NCBI GenBank assembly: GCA_013265495.1
Contig: MU057701.1
Span: 1,178,001-1,242,000, forward strand
DNA length: 64,000 bases
From: Vicugna vicugna
Lineage: Eukaryota
Direction: 5' to 3'
Shown here: piece by piece, positions 38,861 through 52,099 of the stretch
Layout: each line of letters begins with the position of its first letter
How positions within the stretch are numbered: position 1 is the first letter of the stretch
Program-made: the position numbers and the translations under genes
The notes under the pieces: model-generated
Seen by the model: only the letters and a program-made list of their open reading frames with translations
Database searches by the model: none
What the model was told of the DNA's origin: nothing

Positions 38861-39290
38861 TGTAGTAGGCTGAATGGTGGTTCCCCCAAAAGATAAGTTG
38901 TAACTCCTGGAACCTATGACTATCACCTTAATTTGGAAAAAGGGTCTTTGCAGATGTAATGAAGTTAAGGATCTCAAAATGAGGCCACCCTGGATTATCT
39001 GGGTGGTTCCTAAATCTGCTGACCAGCGTCTTTATAGGAGAAAGGCAGAGGGAGAGAAGGCCATGTGAAGAAAAGGCAGAGACTGGAGTGATGCTGCCGC
39101 AAGCCAAGAAGCACCAGAAGCCACCAGAAACTGGAAGAGGCAAGCAAGACTTCTCCCCCAGAGCCTTCAGAGGGAGCACAGCCCTGCTGACACCTTGGTT
39201 TTAGATTTCTGGCCTCTGGAACTATGAGAAAATAAATTTCTGTTTAAGCTGCCATTTTGTGGTAATTTATTACCACAGTCCCAGGAAACG
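38861..39290 (+). mobile_element. MLT1 (MaLR) solo LTR
   Basis: tgtagtaggctgaatggtgg...ggtctttgcagatgtaat...ctgctgacaccttggttttagatttctggcctc...tgtggtaatttattac. Confidence 0.85.
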
Positions 39291-40006
39291 AGCCCATTCT
39301 CTCTATTCCCACAACTCAACCCTGGGCTGTCCTCTGTCCACAGAACACTGATGGGAAATGCATCACATAAAGGCACACCTTTGACAATGAGCTAAATCTT
39401 GAGGACTGAGAACGTCCACGGAAATCAATATAAATATTTTTGCAGGCTTCCAACAGCTGAGAGCAAATTTTAATGGTGGTGGATAATAAATGTGTACTCG
39501 TTGAATAATCTTGCCTTCCTCTATGGTGAGTACAGGCGCTGTTTTTTTCAGATGCGTTTTGAAGATCACCAGTTTTTGCTTTAGAATTTAGACATGGTTT
39601 TTGCTTTGTGTGTTTCCTTCTAAATCTTCAGTGGACCTGGGGATGGGGGAACCAAAAGATGATCATTGTAATGCTTCCCGGATGCATTTATGAAGAGCAC
39701 AGTGGTCTAACACTGATTCTTTATTAAATGATGTGGGAGCGGGGAAAATGGTTCATGCCTAAAAACAGCAAAAGCATTTAAAACCTGTCATCAGTCATGA
39801 TTGCACCTGACAAAACTGTTGTCTGATGACAGCATTGGATGTACCTGAATGAGGCAAAGGAACAGTGTTTAAACGTGAAAAACAGTAAGTCACTTTCACT
39901 AACCAGGTGAAACATTTTAAAGTGTCAAACAAGTTTACTTCTTCTTTATGTAAATCAGCTTTATAAAAAGCGTCTTACCCTGAGTTGTAGTTTGTATCTT
40001 TAAATC

Positions 40007-40059
40007 TCAGAAAATGAGTTCAGAATAGACATATGTAGTTTTACAGTCATAACAGGCTT
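40007..40059 (-). CDS. MILR1: MILR1 last coding exon (exon extends to a donor at 39979)
   Basis: ttcag|AA GCC TGT TAT GAC...TAT GTC TAT TCT GAA CTC ATT TTC TGA. Confidence 0.9.
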
Positions 40060-40475
40060 CTGAAATGTAAAAGACAAAATAATTCAGTAAACTTAGGATA
40101 CATATCCATAGAAACTCTTTAAAAATTCTATTTTAGTAGCTGGTAGTTGGGCCTGACAGAACCAAGCATTAACTGGTTTTTTTTCCTGGACTATATTCAA
40201 TAATTTATTCTTGAAAATGGTTTAGAAGTGCACCTACATCCTCCTCTCTCGATTTTTTATATGATACTCTCCCCACCACACCCTTCCTTCCTCCCCACCC
40301 ACTCATCTGATGAAATTTGTTAGGAGCCATGGTACCGGTTGCTATTGGTTTCTTGGGGTGTGCATATTGTCCCCAACCACCCCAACCTTGGGTTCCTAAA
40401 GCCTGGTAGTATGGTGGCCTCACAGAGACCACTGTCCCATTTTGATAGCATCTCTTATCCCAAACTGTGGCTCAC

Positions 40476-40544
40476 CCTGATCTCTTGGTACCACCTGCCT
40501 GAACACAGGGGTGACATAATGTATCTCCTGGGAGTGTCCAGTCC
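40476..40544 (-). CDS. MILR1: MILR1 cytoplasmic exon (69 nt, ITIM-like)
   Basis: cccag|GG ACT GGA CAC TCC CAG GAG ATA CAT TAT GTC ACC CCT GTG...CAG G|gtgagc. Confidence 0.9.
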
Positions 40545-40671
40545 CTGGGTAAAAGACAAGAAACAGAGTTATTGGGCCTGTAATCCAAATCTCTGATCAC
40601 TTGAAGGCAGTGGCTTAGCCAGCTACCCTCACAATGGCCTGTAGCCTCTGGGCTTTGCAGAGAGGACTTAC

Positions 40672-40728
40672 CATCTTGGGCTACAGGAACAGACTGCTTT
40701 GGTTCTAAGCGTGGCACAGATTCCTCAC
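40672..40728 (-). CDS. MILR1: MILR1 cytoplasmic exon (57 nt, MIR-derived)
   Basis: ttttacag|GT GAG GAA TCT GTG CCA...CAA GAT G|gtaagt; encodes GEESVPRLEPKQSVPVAQD. Confidence 0.85.
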
Positions 40729-40860
40729 CTGTAAAATGGGAATGGTATAAATTGGGATTAGTGGTGTTTGCACCAGACAGGGCAGATAAGTGGCTTAGCA
40801 CTGTGCCTGGAACGTGGCCGGCGCTCAGTCGACACTGGCTGGGATTGTTCTCATTGTTGG
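40700..40860 (+). mobile_element. MIR SINE overlapping a MILR1 exon
   Basis: ttcctcacctgtaaaatggg and gcttagcactgtgcctgg...gcgctca match the MIR core and 3' end. Confidence 0.8.
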
Positions 40861-41250
40861 CCAATGCCCTGGGTCTGTTTACCATAAAGCAGCAAATGAT
40901 GCCAGCTTTAAGAGGTGATCATAAAAGAAATTAGAACACAGTGTGGATCATTCTGAACTGATAGAAAAAAAATCTCCAAGATATGTAATTAAGTGAAAAA
41001 AATCACGGTGTAGAATGGCATATCTATGACATGCTACCACTACTACCATTTATTTAGATGCTAACAAACACATGAAATGTCTGTAGAAGGATTTAAAAAA
41101 CTGTTGCCCTTGGAAAGTGGGATTGGCAGTCAGGGGTGGGAGGGAAGCACTATACTCTGCTTCTTCAATTTTTTTACCCATATGTCTGTATGACCTTTAA
41201 AGAAAAAGAAAAACCTAAACCAACCAAAATACCCCAAAGAGTTCTCTCAC

Positions 41251-41340
41251 CTGCTTGGTTTTCACAGATATTTGCGTATATTCCAGTTTCCATGGGTCTA
41301 TTTCCGTAGTCTCTGGGTACATTGTCTTTCATAGCTTTTC
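41251..41340 (-). CDS. MILR1: MILR1 cytoplasmic exon (90 nt)
   Basis: tgtag|GA AAA GCT ATG AAA GAC...CAA GCA G|gtgaga; encodes RKAMKDNVPRDYGNRPMETGIYANICENQA. Confidence 0.9.
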
Positions 41341-41799
41341 CTACATAAATTGATGGAGAGTTATTAAATTAAATCAATTCAGCCACATTTTTTTCTCATC
41401 TCCTCTGCCAAAGAGCAGAATTCCCCAAAGATCTGAAAGAAAGAATGACCTGCTCCAGTGGCCTAAGCTATTGCCTGTTGAAAGAGAAACATAGGCTCAG
41501 CAAAGAGTCAATGTCATCTGCTTCTCTAAGGCAGGAGCCCTTCTGATTTGTTTTCGCAGCACTGCACAATGACACCCTTTGCCTATCAGATTATGCTTGA
41601 GATGGTCAGAGACACATTTTCTTTCCTTCGCTGAAAAGAATAACCTATAAAAAAGCTGTGTATATCTGCAAGAGGTAGTAAATTACCCAGCTGAGTTCTG
41701 TTTAGCCCTGGCCAGTACTTAAGAATGTTAATTTCACTTTTTGTAAGACCCCAGGCTTTATGTAGGAAGAGGAGACAGGTTTTTAAAATGTATGAGATG

Positions 41800-44700
41800 C
41801 CATACATTTAAGAAGATTGAAATCATGTCATACATCTTTTCTGACCACAGCAGTATAAGACTAGAAATCAACTACAAGAAAAAAACTGGAAGAAAAAAAA
41901 AGACAAACACATGGAGGCTAAACAATATGCTACTAAACAATCAAAAAGTTACTGAAGACATTAAAGAGGGAATAAATACCTGGAGACACATGAAAATGGA
42001 AGCACAATGATCCAAAATCTAAGGGGCTCAGCAAAAGCAGTTCTAAGAGGGAATTTGCAATACAAGACTACCTCAGGAAATAAGGAGAATCACAAATACA
42101 CAACCTAATCTTACATCTAAAGAAACTAGAAGAAAAAGAACAAACAAAACCCAAAGTTAGTGGAAAGGAAAGGAATAATAAAGATCAGAGCAGAAATAAG
42201 TGAAATAGAGACAAAAAGTAAACAATAGAAAAGGTCAATGGAACTAAGAGCTGGTTCTATGAAAAAACAAACAAAATTAATAAACCTTTAGCTAGATTCA
42301 ACAAGAAAAAAGAGGGCTCAAATAAAATCAGAAAAGAAAAAGAAGTTACCACTGACACCACAGAAATACGAAGGATCATTAAGAGATTACTACAAACAAT
42401 TATATGCCAATAAAATAGACAACCTAGAAGAAATGGATAAATTCATAAAGATGTACAATCTCCCAAGGCTGAATCAAGAAGAAATAGAAAATATAAACAG
42501 ACCAATTACCATTCAATATGAAATTGAATCAGTAATCAAAAAACTCCCAACAAAAGTCCAGGACCAGATGGCTTCACAGGTGAATTCTACAAAACACTGA
42601 AGAGGAAGGAATGCTTCCAAACTCATTCTTCGAGGCCAGCGTCACCCTGATATCAAAACCAGGTAAAGAAACCACAGAAAAAATTACAGGCAAATATTAC
42701 TGATGAACATAGATGCAAAAACCCTCAACAAAATGTTAGCAAACCAAATTCAACAATACATTAAAAGGATCATACACCATGATCAAATGAGATTTATCCT
42801 AGGGATGCAAGGATGATTCAGTATCCACAAATCAATCAATGTGATAACACCACATTAACAAGTTGAATAAAAATCATATGATCATCTCAATAGATGCAAA
42901 AAAGCTTTTGACAAAATTCAGCACCCATTTATAATTAAAAAAAACCTCTCAACAATGTGGGTATAGAAGGAACGTACCTCAACATAATAAAGGCCACATA
43001 TAACAAGCCCATGGCTAACATCATACTCAGTGGTGAAAAGGAGAAAGCATTTCCTTTAAAATCAGGAACAAGACAAGGATGCTCACTCTCACCACTTTTA
43101 TTCAGCATAGTATTGGGAGTCCTAGTCACAGCAATCAGACAAGAAGAAGAAAAAAGGAATCCAAATTGGAACAAAAAATATAAAACTTGTCACTGTTTGC
43201 AGATGACATGATACTATATATAGAAAATCCTAAAAACACCACCTAAAGACTATTAGAACTAATAAATGAATTCAGTAAAGTTTCAGGATACAAAATTAAT
43301 ATGCAGAAATCTGTTGCATTTCTATACACCAATAATGAACTCTCAGAAACAGAAATGAAGAAAATGATCCCATTTGCAGTTGCACCAAAAAGAATAAAAT
43401 ACCTAGGAATAAATCTAACCAAGGAGGTAAAAGAACTGTACTTAGAAAACTGTAAGACACTAGTGAAAGGAGTTGAAGATGACACAAACAAATGGAAAGA
43501 AATATCATACCCATGGATTGGAAGAATTAATACTGTTAAAATGACCATATGCCCCAAGGTAATCCACAGGTTCAGTGCAATCTCTGTCAAATTATCAGTG
43601 GGATTTCTCACAGAATTAGGACAAATAATTCTACATTTTATATGGAAACACAAAAGAACTTGAATAGCCAAAACAATCCTGAGAAAGAAGAACAAAGCTG
43701 GAGGTATCATGCTCCCTCATTTCTAACTATACTACAAAGGTACAGTAATCAACACAGTATGGTACTGGCACAAAAACAGACACATAGATCAATGCAACAG
43801 GATAGAGGGCCCAGAAATGAATCCACACTTATCTGGTCAATTAATCTACAACAAAAGAGATAAGAATATATGATGGGGAAAAGACAGTCTCGTCAATAAA
43901 TGGTGTTGGGAAAACTGGACATATGCAGAAGAATCAAACTGAACTACTTTCTCACACCATCTACAAAAATAAACTCAAAATGGATTTAAGACCTAAATGT
44001 AAGATCGGAAACCATAGAACACCTAAAAGAAAAATAGGAGTATGCCCCTTGACAGTGGTGTTAAGGGAAACAAAAGCAAAAATAAACAAATGGAACTACA
44101 TCAAACTTGCACAGTGAAGGAACCCATCAACAAAACAAAAGGCAGCCTACTGAATGGGATAAGATATTTACAAATGATATGTCTGGTAAGGGATTAATAT
44201 CCAAAATGTACAAAGAACCTTATGCAACTGAACATCAAAAAAAAAAACAATTAAAAAACAGGCAGAGGACCTGTATAGACATTTTCTAAATAAGACACAC
44301 AGATGGCCAACAGGCACATGAAAAGATGCTCAACATCACTAATCATCAGGGAAATGCAAATCAGAACCACAATGAGATATCTCCTCACACCAGTCAGAAT
44401 GGTTACCATCAAAAAGATAAGAAATAACAAGTGCTGGCAAGGATGTGGAGGAAAGGAAACTCTCGTGCACTGTTGGTGGGAATGTAAATCGATGCTTCCA
44501 ACTGTGTAATACAGTATGGAGGTTCCTCAAAAAAATTAAAAATATAATCCAGCAATTCCACTTCTGGGTATTTTTCTGAAGAAAACAAAAACACTAATTA
44601 AAAAAGATACATGCACACCTATGTTCTTTGCAGCATTATTTACAACAGCCAAGCTATGGAAGCAATGAAAGTGTCCATCAACAGATGAATAAATAAAGAA

Positions 44701-45210
44701 GATGTGATATCTGTATACAATGGAATACTATTCAGCCATTAAAAAAGAATGAAATATTGCCATTTCCAGCAACATGCATGGACCTAGAGGGTATTATGCT
44801 AAGTGAAATAAATCAGACAGAAGAAGATAAGCACCATGTGATTTCATTTATATGTAGACTCTGAAAAAGAAAACAAATGAACAAACAGAAAACAGAAACA
44901 GGTTCATACATACAGAGAGCAAGCCAGTGGTTGCCAGAGAGGAGGGGAATGGGTCTGAGGCGAGTGAAATAGGTGAGGGAGATTAAGAGATACAAACCTC
45001 AAGTTACAAAATAAATGAGTCACAGGGATGAAATGTACAGCCTGGGGTAGATAGTCAATAATACTGTAATATCTTTGTATGGTGACAGATGATAACTAGA
45101 CTTATGTTGGTCACTTTGTAATAGAAATTTGAAGCACTGTTGTGCACCTGGAACTAACATAGTGTTGTAAGTTAACTTCATTTTAAAAATGCTTTATGTT
45201 ACAAAAAAGT
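41800..45210 (+). mobile_element. 5'-truncated L1 (about 3.4 kb, decayed ORF2 and 3' UTR), antisense in MILR1 intron 5
   Basis: ORF2 fragments [23 protein letters not shown] and [12 protein letters not shown], with many stops and frameshifts. Possible degenerate TSD atgtatRagatg at 41788 and 45215. Confidence 0.93.
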
Positions 45211-45719
45211 TTTGATGTATAAGATGTATACATTTTGACATCTATTTTTAGGTTTTCTGTCAATTGAGTCCCTGCCTTCTCTGAATTAGGACCCTCTAGA
45301 GATGGAAGAAGACCAAGAGCTGAACATTTATCACTTAGTTCTCTCCCCAGTTCTGACAGTATCTCCCCCACAGCCCCATTCTACAGGTCAGAACGCTAAG
45401 GCTCAAGCAGGGGAAGGAGCCCCCTTGGCTCATGCCCCTTGGCTCGCTGGCAGGTGCCGGTGCTGAGACCCCAGCTGTCTTTTGTGCAGACCTCAATATT
45501 CCTCCATACTTGTGTGCCAAATGTAAAGGCCACTTTGAAATCTTAACTAGGGGTCATAAGATGTGAATTGTGAAAAGTAGTAAATGGGACTTAATGCAGC
45601 ACTTAAGGCAGGGCAGAAAGGAATGAAGCTCTTGTCTCTCTTCATGCACTGAGCTTCCCCCCAAGTGGCAGACCTGGTGAGGACGCTAAAAAATACAAAG
45701 CAAAGTTCTGGCCATCAGG

Positions 45720-46420
45720 ACACATGCAGGCTTCGTGCAAAATGAAACTGTTTGGCCTCTTGTTAAAAAATTATTGAGATTTGTACACCCACGTTCAAAG
45801 CAGTACTAGTCACAATAGCCAAAAAGCAGAAGCAGCCCAAGAGTCCATTGATGGATGAATGGATAAATAAAGTGTGTGTGTGTATACATCCATACATGTG
45901 TGTGTATGAATGTGTACGTGTATAATGGAATATTATTCAGCTTTAAAAATGAAGGAAATTCTGACATATATACAACACTGATGAATCTTGAGGACATTGT
46001 GCTAAGTGAAATAAGCCAGTTACAAAAGGACAAATACTATATGATTCCATTTCTATGAGATTTCTAAAGTAGTCAAGTTCATGGAAAGTAGAATGGTGCC
46101 TGCCAAGGGCTGAGAGGAGAGAGAAATGGATGGAGAGTTACTGTTGAACGGATACAGAGTTTCAGTTTTGCAAGATGAAAAGAAATGGATGGATGGCAAT
46201 GGTTGCACAAACTACGAATGTACTTAATGCCACTGAGCTGTATATCTAGCAATGGCTACGGTGGTAAATTTTAGTGTTGTGCATATTTTACCATGTTTAA
46301 AAAAATAATTTTTTAAAAAGTGAAAAACACGTGCTAAGAATTTCAAAACAGCAACAGAGCATTAAACCCTCTCCCTAGCATGGAGCCTTGTGTGATTGCA
46401 CAGGTCACACACCCACGAAC
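45720..46420. mobile_element. MER45A-like hAT element (-) split by an L1MB-like 3' end (+, about 45780-46320)
   Basis: Left half gtgcaaaatgaaa...ttgttaaaaaattattgag and right half aagaatttcaaaacagcaacagagcattaaacc...gcacaggtcacacaccca flank an L1 3' UTR. Confidence 0.7.
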
Positions 46421-46606
46421 AATCTCAATAAGGAAGCCTTCACCAGAGAAAAGAGAACTAGGCTATAAGTAAACCAGCCAGAGGAAGTCCTTCACTACCT
46501 TCTCCTTTCTCTTCTTTTCATTTTCTTTACATCTCATTTCTGATTCCCTTTTCTGTCCGTATCCAAAACGCAGGGGAAAGAGTGGAAAAGCTCCCATGAC
46601 ACTTAC

Positions 46607-46717
46607 TTGCTTTGTACTTTGGTAGCATCCACAATGCCAGGATTAGGATTATTACCATTAGCACCAGTAGTAACCCCGGAAGCAGTAGCTGCAGGCAGAG
46701 AGGACAGCTGTCTCCAC
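46607..46717 (-). CDS. MILR1: MILR1 transmembrane exon (111 nt)
   Basis: tctag|GT GGA GAC AGC TGT...AAA GCA A|gtaagt. Confidence 0.92.
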
Positions 46718-47059
46718 CTAGAAGAAGACAGCATTCACTGGTCACTGCGTAGCTTTCTTTTCCAACGACATTCAACTGTGAAATGTCCTGGAAAGGGCAA
46801 TCACGACCGTCTCCCAAGTGAACCAGCATATCGTGCACCCCGGGTCCCTGTTCTGCTGTGGAGACCTGCAACTCTTGATGAGACGTTCTTAAGGCAAGAA
46901 GGTCCACAGGGGTCACATGTGAGGAAGAGAAAAGCAGCACAGCACTTAGCAGACGGATTACTGACTATGTTGTTAGGGTCATAAGCCTCAGAACAGCCTG
47001 GTCATTTATTGGGTAAAACCTTTAATCATCTTGGCATGATTTATGTCACTCAAACAGCT

Positions 47060-47250
47060 ACTACTTGTTGAGTATTAACTATATGCAGACATTGTGTTAA
47101 GCACCTTACAGGCATTGCCTTATTTATCTCATTGGTATTACTCCCATTTTATAATTAAGTAGAGTAATCAGAGAGGTTAAGTGACTTTCCTAAGGTCACA
47201 CAGCTAGTGAATGGAAGGGCTGTGATTTGTAGGCAAAAGCCTGACTCTGG
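47060..47250 (-). mobile_element. MIR
   Basis: cccattttata...cagagaggttaagtgactttcctaaggtcacacagctagt. Confidence 0.75.
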
Positions 47251-48298
47251 ATGGAGCCTGACTCCAATAGGCCGCCTCACTTGTTAGAACTTACTGAACT
47301 CCCAGGTGTGGGCTCTGTTCTTCTGAGGATGAGGCCAGGTGAAGTGTTCAATGCCCAAGCGTACCTATTACCCTTGTTTACCTAATTTTTGTTCTTTCTC
47401 CTTTCTTGACCCAATGTCCCTTCATAAGACCGGTTTAAATCAAGAATTCTCAGACTCCTTATAAGTTCTATGCTGCAAGATGGCATCACAGAGAGAGCCA
47501 GCCCCAGCCCCGGCCTCCCCACTTCCCACCCAGGCTCTGACCTGTACCCTAAGGGGTCCCACGTACATGTGGACCTCCCACCAGCCTGCATGGCCAAATG
47601 CTGTCCCCCAACCCCCTCCATCAGTGGTCCCTCACTGTGGTCCACCCTTGGGAGGATGAGCTGGGAAAGAGACTTGTGCAGGCCCTGGAAGTCGGGTTCT
47701 GATCTGATTGGTAGGGAATTGGGGTCTAGGTACCCAGAGTGAGACACAGAAAAGTGGGGACATAGGGTCCAGGTGGGCACATACCCATGGCTTATGGGAA
47801 GATTATGGGAAGGCACATGGCTAAGACGCACCAGAGTAGTGTCTCCCAAAATCCAAGGCTGGGCACCCTTCTTGCCCCCAAGCTAAGGACAGCACTGGAA
47901 GCCTAGACTTACTAAGCATTTACAATGGGGCAATAAATAGCCAAGTTGGTGGGTACAGGTGTTAGAAATCAATAAAAAAATGATTAAAAAAAAAAGCAAA
48001 AAACATCGAGACCCAGTAGCTTCACGAGAGATGCAAAGTCTAATGTGACTGCTTAGAACTTGTGCAGAGGAAAGTCAAGGCAGGAAGTCTTAGTACGAGG
48101 TCCCTTCCTGCCCCAACTTCGAGGCTTTTCTATTGTTCCTTTACGGCAGAAAGCAACCCCATTCAGAGCATGTGGACCCTACAGAAGGAAAGGCACTTAG
48201 AAGCAGGTGGGTAAAGTGGAAAGTGGGTGGGCAGAGAAGTAGCTGCAGTTTCTGGAAGCAAATCCAGACCCTGTTGAAAGAGTTCAGGTAGCTCTTAC

Positions 48299-48583
48299 CT
48301 GTTGAGGGTATGGTGACAGGTTGACTGTATTTTGCATGGTCAGGCAATGTGTTTTTAGCTTCACACTTATACTCTTTCCCTTCTCCACTGTTATTGTTGG
48401 TTAAGTTAAATTCGGCAGGCTCCCTTACATTCTTGGAAATAGCTGGTGATATGGTGATGTTTTTTTCAAAGAAAGTATAATTGATGGGCAGAGAGCCATT
48501 GAATGAGATGCATCGCAGCATTATATATTGATCTGTTTTTGTTTGAATGACACTAATGTTCAGCACTGGTGCAGTCACTGGGT
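48299..48583 (-). CDS. MILR1: MILR1 Ig domain 2 exon (285 nt)
   Basis: tctag|AC CCA GTG ACT GCA...TCA ACA G|gtaaga; encodes LRCISFNGSLPINYTF...YKCEAKN. Confidence 0.93.
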
Positions 48584-50845
48584 CTAGAAAAATGAAAACG
48601 TATGTTTAATGGATAAGCAGATTGGGTTCACTCACTCAGTCCACAAACATGGATGGACCCCCTACTCTATTTGGCTGTTGACCCAAAGATGGGTGACACC
48701 CCTCTGGAGAAGTCAAGAAGCTCATAGGAAGCTCCACTGGGGAAGATCAATGGGTATGTGGTTAACCCCGTGCAGTGTGGCATGAGCCAGGTTCTGAGAA
48801 AGCCAGAAGGTTGAGGGCATCTCTCTGCTTTGAGGAATCAGAGCACAAACTTGCCTTTCATCAGAACTCACAATTTGTCTATGGTTGACAGTGAGTATAA
48901 TTTTGTCAAAGGTCTCGTTCTAAGTATGTAGTTGAGAGGTGCTTTTGTTCCCAATAATTATAAAACTACAGTGTTTTTGTTAATCAAAGAAATCTAAAAA
49001 TATTATCTTTTCTAACAGTAGTCATTTATAGAATTCAGCTGTGCAATTATCTTCTACTTCCTCCCCAAAGGAGGAAGTAACACTGATGAATAGATTCAAG
49101 GGAAATTCTTGACCAGAAGTGAGTGGGCTTGGTAGGCTCTGTCAGATCATACCCTACTTCATGGGAGAATCCAGCAAATAATTTATTTTCTAATTCATTA
49201 ATAAAACAGTATTCCAGGAAAAGAAGGATAATTGTTGAGTATCCGTCAGGTGTTGCAGTCCCTACTCAGATTATCTCATTTCACTTCACAGCAGGACTAC
49301 AAGGTCGACAGCATCATTCCCATTCCACAGATGAGCCAATTGTGATTCAGAGAGGCCACACCACTAGTCAACGGCAGTGCCAGGGCCAACTCCCAAGCAG
49401 ATGCTTTTGTTTTTAACAACATCAGTTTGGCATAGAAACAGTGAAATATGGGGGCCATAATATAAGTTAAATCAAAGAAAATAATTTAGAGTCCTCTTGC
49501 TTCATCCTGCCCCTGAGCAGGAATCCCTGTGGCAACATCCTTAACAGAGTGGTACCCAGTGTTGGTGGCCTCAGAGAGCAACTTTGTTTGGGAACAGCAC
49601 CAATAGGATGGTCTTCCTACGGAACTGAAATCTAGCTCCTGTAATTTTCAGCAAGGATGAACTGAAACATTCACGAGGAGAAGAGAGCATGGACTTCTCT
49701 CTGAGATAAGATGATTCAAACTAGAACAAGAATTGATATGTAAGGTGACTGGAAAGATGTACACTTCCCTGAGAGTTTGTAAAAGGCCTGGTAAAGGACA
49801 TCACAGTATCACGGTGATCAAGGGAAGGGAGTTGTAACTCAATAAATTAGTATATTTTTTAAATTTCAGGGAGTTCTTTAAGGGTCATTCAGTTGCCACT
49901 TTCCCCATAACACTTTTCCTAAATCCTCCAGGCAGATTCTCCCTCCTTCTCTGCCTCCTCTAGCACTTGGTGCCATCCTCATATTATTTTTTCTGCCTCT
50001 TATTAAATGATGCACTTCAAGGGCTCCTGGTCACCTCAAATGCAATCTGTTTGAAACTGAATTCTAGTTAATCTGCAATCAGTAGGCAGATAAACATACA
50101 TGAAAATCCTATTCTTTGTAAAAGTGTTTTCATTTACTCAGACATTCATTCTTTTTTTTTAATTATTAAAGTACAGTTGATTTTCCATGTTGTGTTTCAG
50201 GTGTACAGCAAAGTGATTCTTTTCCTTTACAAGTTCTTACAAGATACAGAATATAGTTCCCTGGGCTATACAGTAGGTCCTTGTTGTTTATCTACTTTTA
50301 TATATAATAGTTTGTATATGTTAATCCCAAACTCCTAATTTATCCCTCCCTCCCTTTTCCCCTTTGGTAACCATAAGTCTGTGTTCTTTGTTTGTGAGTC
50401 TATTTCTGAAGACTTGGGTTTTTTTTTAAACAATTGATTTAAGGCTTCAGCCTCGCACAGGAAGCTAGTGGTACACAAGTTCCCTGATGCCCAATCTGTT
50501 GCTCTTCCTGCCATATCAGGCTGCCCAGTCCAGCAGGAATCTGACCACCGGAGAATATTATCAGCTAGGGTACGTCTCTCTCATAACCCACTACATCCCA
50601 GACCGTGTGTGCATGGTCTTCTTCTTCTCATATTTCTTTTACAATTATGGCTTCTATTCAGATTGTGGTCAAATTTGTCCGAATGTGGTTGGTTCTAATC
50701 CAGAGCCCATGGCATCCCTTAAAGTCCTATGTAGAAATTTACATCTGTAGTCTCATGAGCACTTCTCAGGGCAAGTATCTATTGCTGTCATTAGATTATT
50801 ACAGTGGTTATAACCTAGAAAGCTGAGAATGGTTGACCTAGAGCA

Positions 50846-51048
50846 GAGGTATCCAATAGAATTTTCTGCAGTGATGGAAATGTTCCTTGTCTATGTTGTC
50901 TGATACAGCAACTGCCAGACACTGTGGCTATTGAAATGCAACTAATGAGACTGAGGAACTGAATTTTTAATTTCATCTAATTTTAATTAACTTGAATTTA
51001 AGTTTAAATAACAACATGTGGCTAGTGGCTGCTGTACTGGAGAGTACA
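50846..51048. mobile_element. MER3-like hAT-Charlie element
   Basis: tccaatagaattttctgcagtgatggaaatgttc...actgaggaactgaatttttaattt...catgtggctagtggct...tactggag. Confidence 0.8.
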
Positions 51049-51639
51049 GATCCAGAGAATCACTCAAAGATTTGATCAGTTAGCCAGGGCTCCCACATTT
51101 AGAAAACTCCAGCTACAATGTCACCTTATCAAAGTCACCTTCATGGGTAAGGCCAATGATGCTAGGTTGTGAGAGGCTTGGGGTGGGAAGATGGGAGAGA
51201 AAAATACAAAAATAATAAAATGTGGTTGGGTGGGAAGAGTGCTGGCCGATGGCCATTGCAAAGGGAGGGAGGTGGGAAGAGCCTGGGGCTTTGAAGACCC
51301 TTGCCATAGGGTCCAATGTTGATTCTAAGACTTATTTGAATCGTTAGAGAAAAAGTCATTTTTGCCTACACAATGAAAATCCTAGAAAAGATCTCAACAA
51401 TTTCCCAAATTGTTGATACAAGGCTTTTTGTCTTAGACAATCAGCCTATTATTTATTATTGGAAATAGCCAAAAATCTTTGGGAGAGAAAGTGAAATGGA
51501 ACTATTAAGAAATAGTATCTCAGTGACATACTCTCCAGGCTCTTGAGTGACTGTTAGCAAGCAGATCAGAGAGAGCATCCTGGGACAGGAAAGAATCCCC
51601 CAAATCACAGGCCCCCCAAGTAACAAGCACTCTACTTAC

Positions 51640-51909
51640 CAACAAATACGAAGTTGAACTCACGACTGTATTTGGAACAGTTAGAAACTTGGGCTTTGCA
51701 TTTGTACGGGCCCAAATCCTGGGCATCTGAGATCCTTAGGTTTAAAGTCATGGGTTCACCTTTTCTATCCTGGATTTCCAGGTGTTTCTCACCCCGAAAC
51801 AAAGAATAGGTGATCTGTAGTGATGTGTTCTGGTTGAAACAAGAGAGAGATACATTCTGACCCCTCACAACTGCACTCGTTTTTGAGTGCAAATTTGGAG
51901 AAGGGAATT
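51640..51909 (-). CDS. MILR1: MILR1 Ig domain 1 exon (270 nt)
   Basis: tccag|AA TTC CCT TCT CCA...TTT GTT G|gtaagt; encodes GQNVSLSC...GPYKCKAQV. Confidence 0.93.
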
Positions 51910-52099
51910 CTGGAAAACAAAATAACACAAAGAAAGTCCTTGTTAACATCCATTGATAATAACTCAGTGGTTGTCCAGCCACATTTTGTGGGTCATGGTG
52001 GTGGAGACCCTCTGTTCCTGGCAAAACTTCCACAGATGGGAAGCGGAGGGTGTTTTTGCCTGCACAACCAGGCTGAACAATGCGTGAGGAAAACTTAGG

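Noticed and set aside
41800..45210. Reverse-transcriptase-like ORF pieces as a possible active or domesticated element
   Set aside because: Numerous stops and frameshifts, 5'-truncated; an ordinary dead L1
47382..47849. 155-aa ORF on the MILR1 strand in intron 4
   Set aside because: No Ig-like or other recognisable features and no convincing splice sites; the Ig2 and TM exons already join in frame
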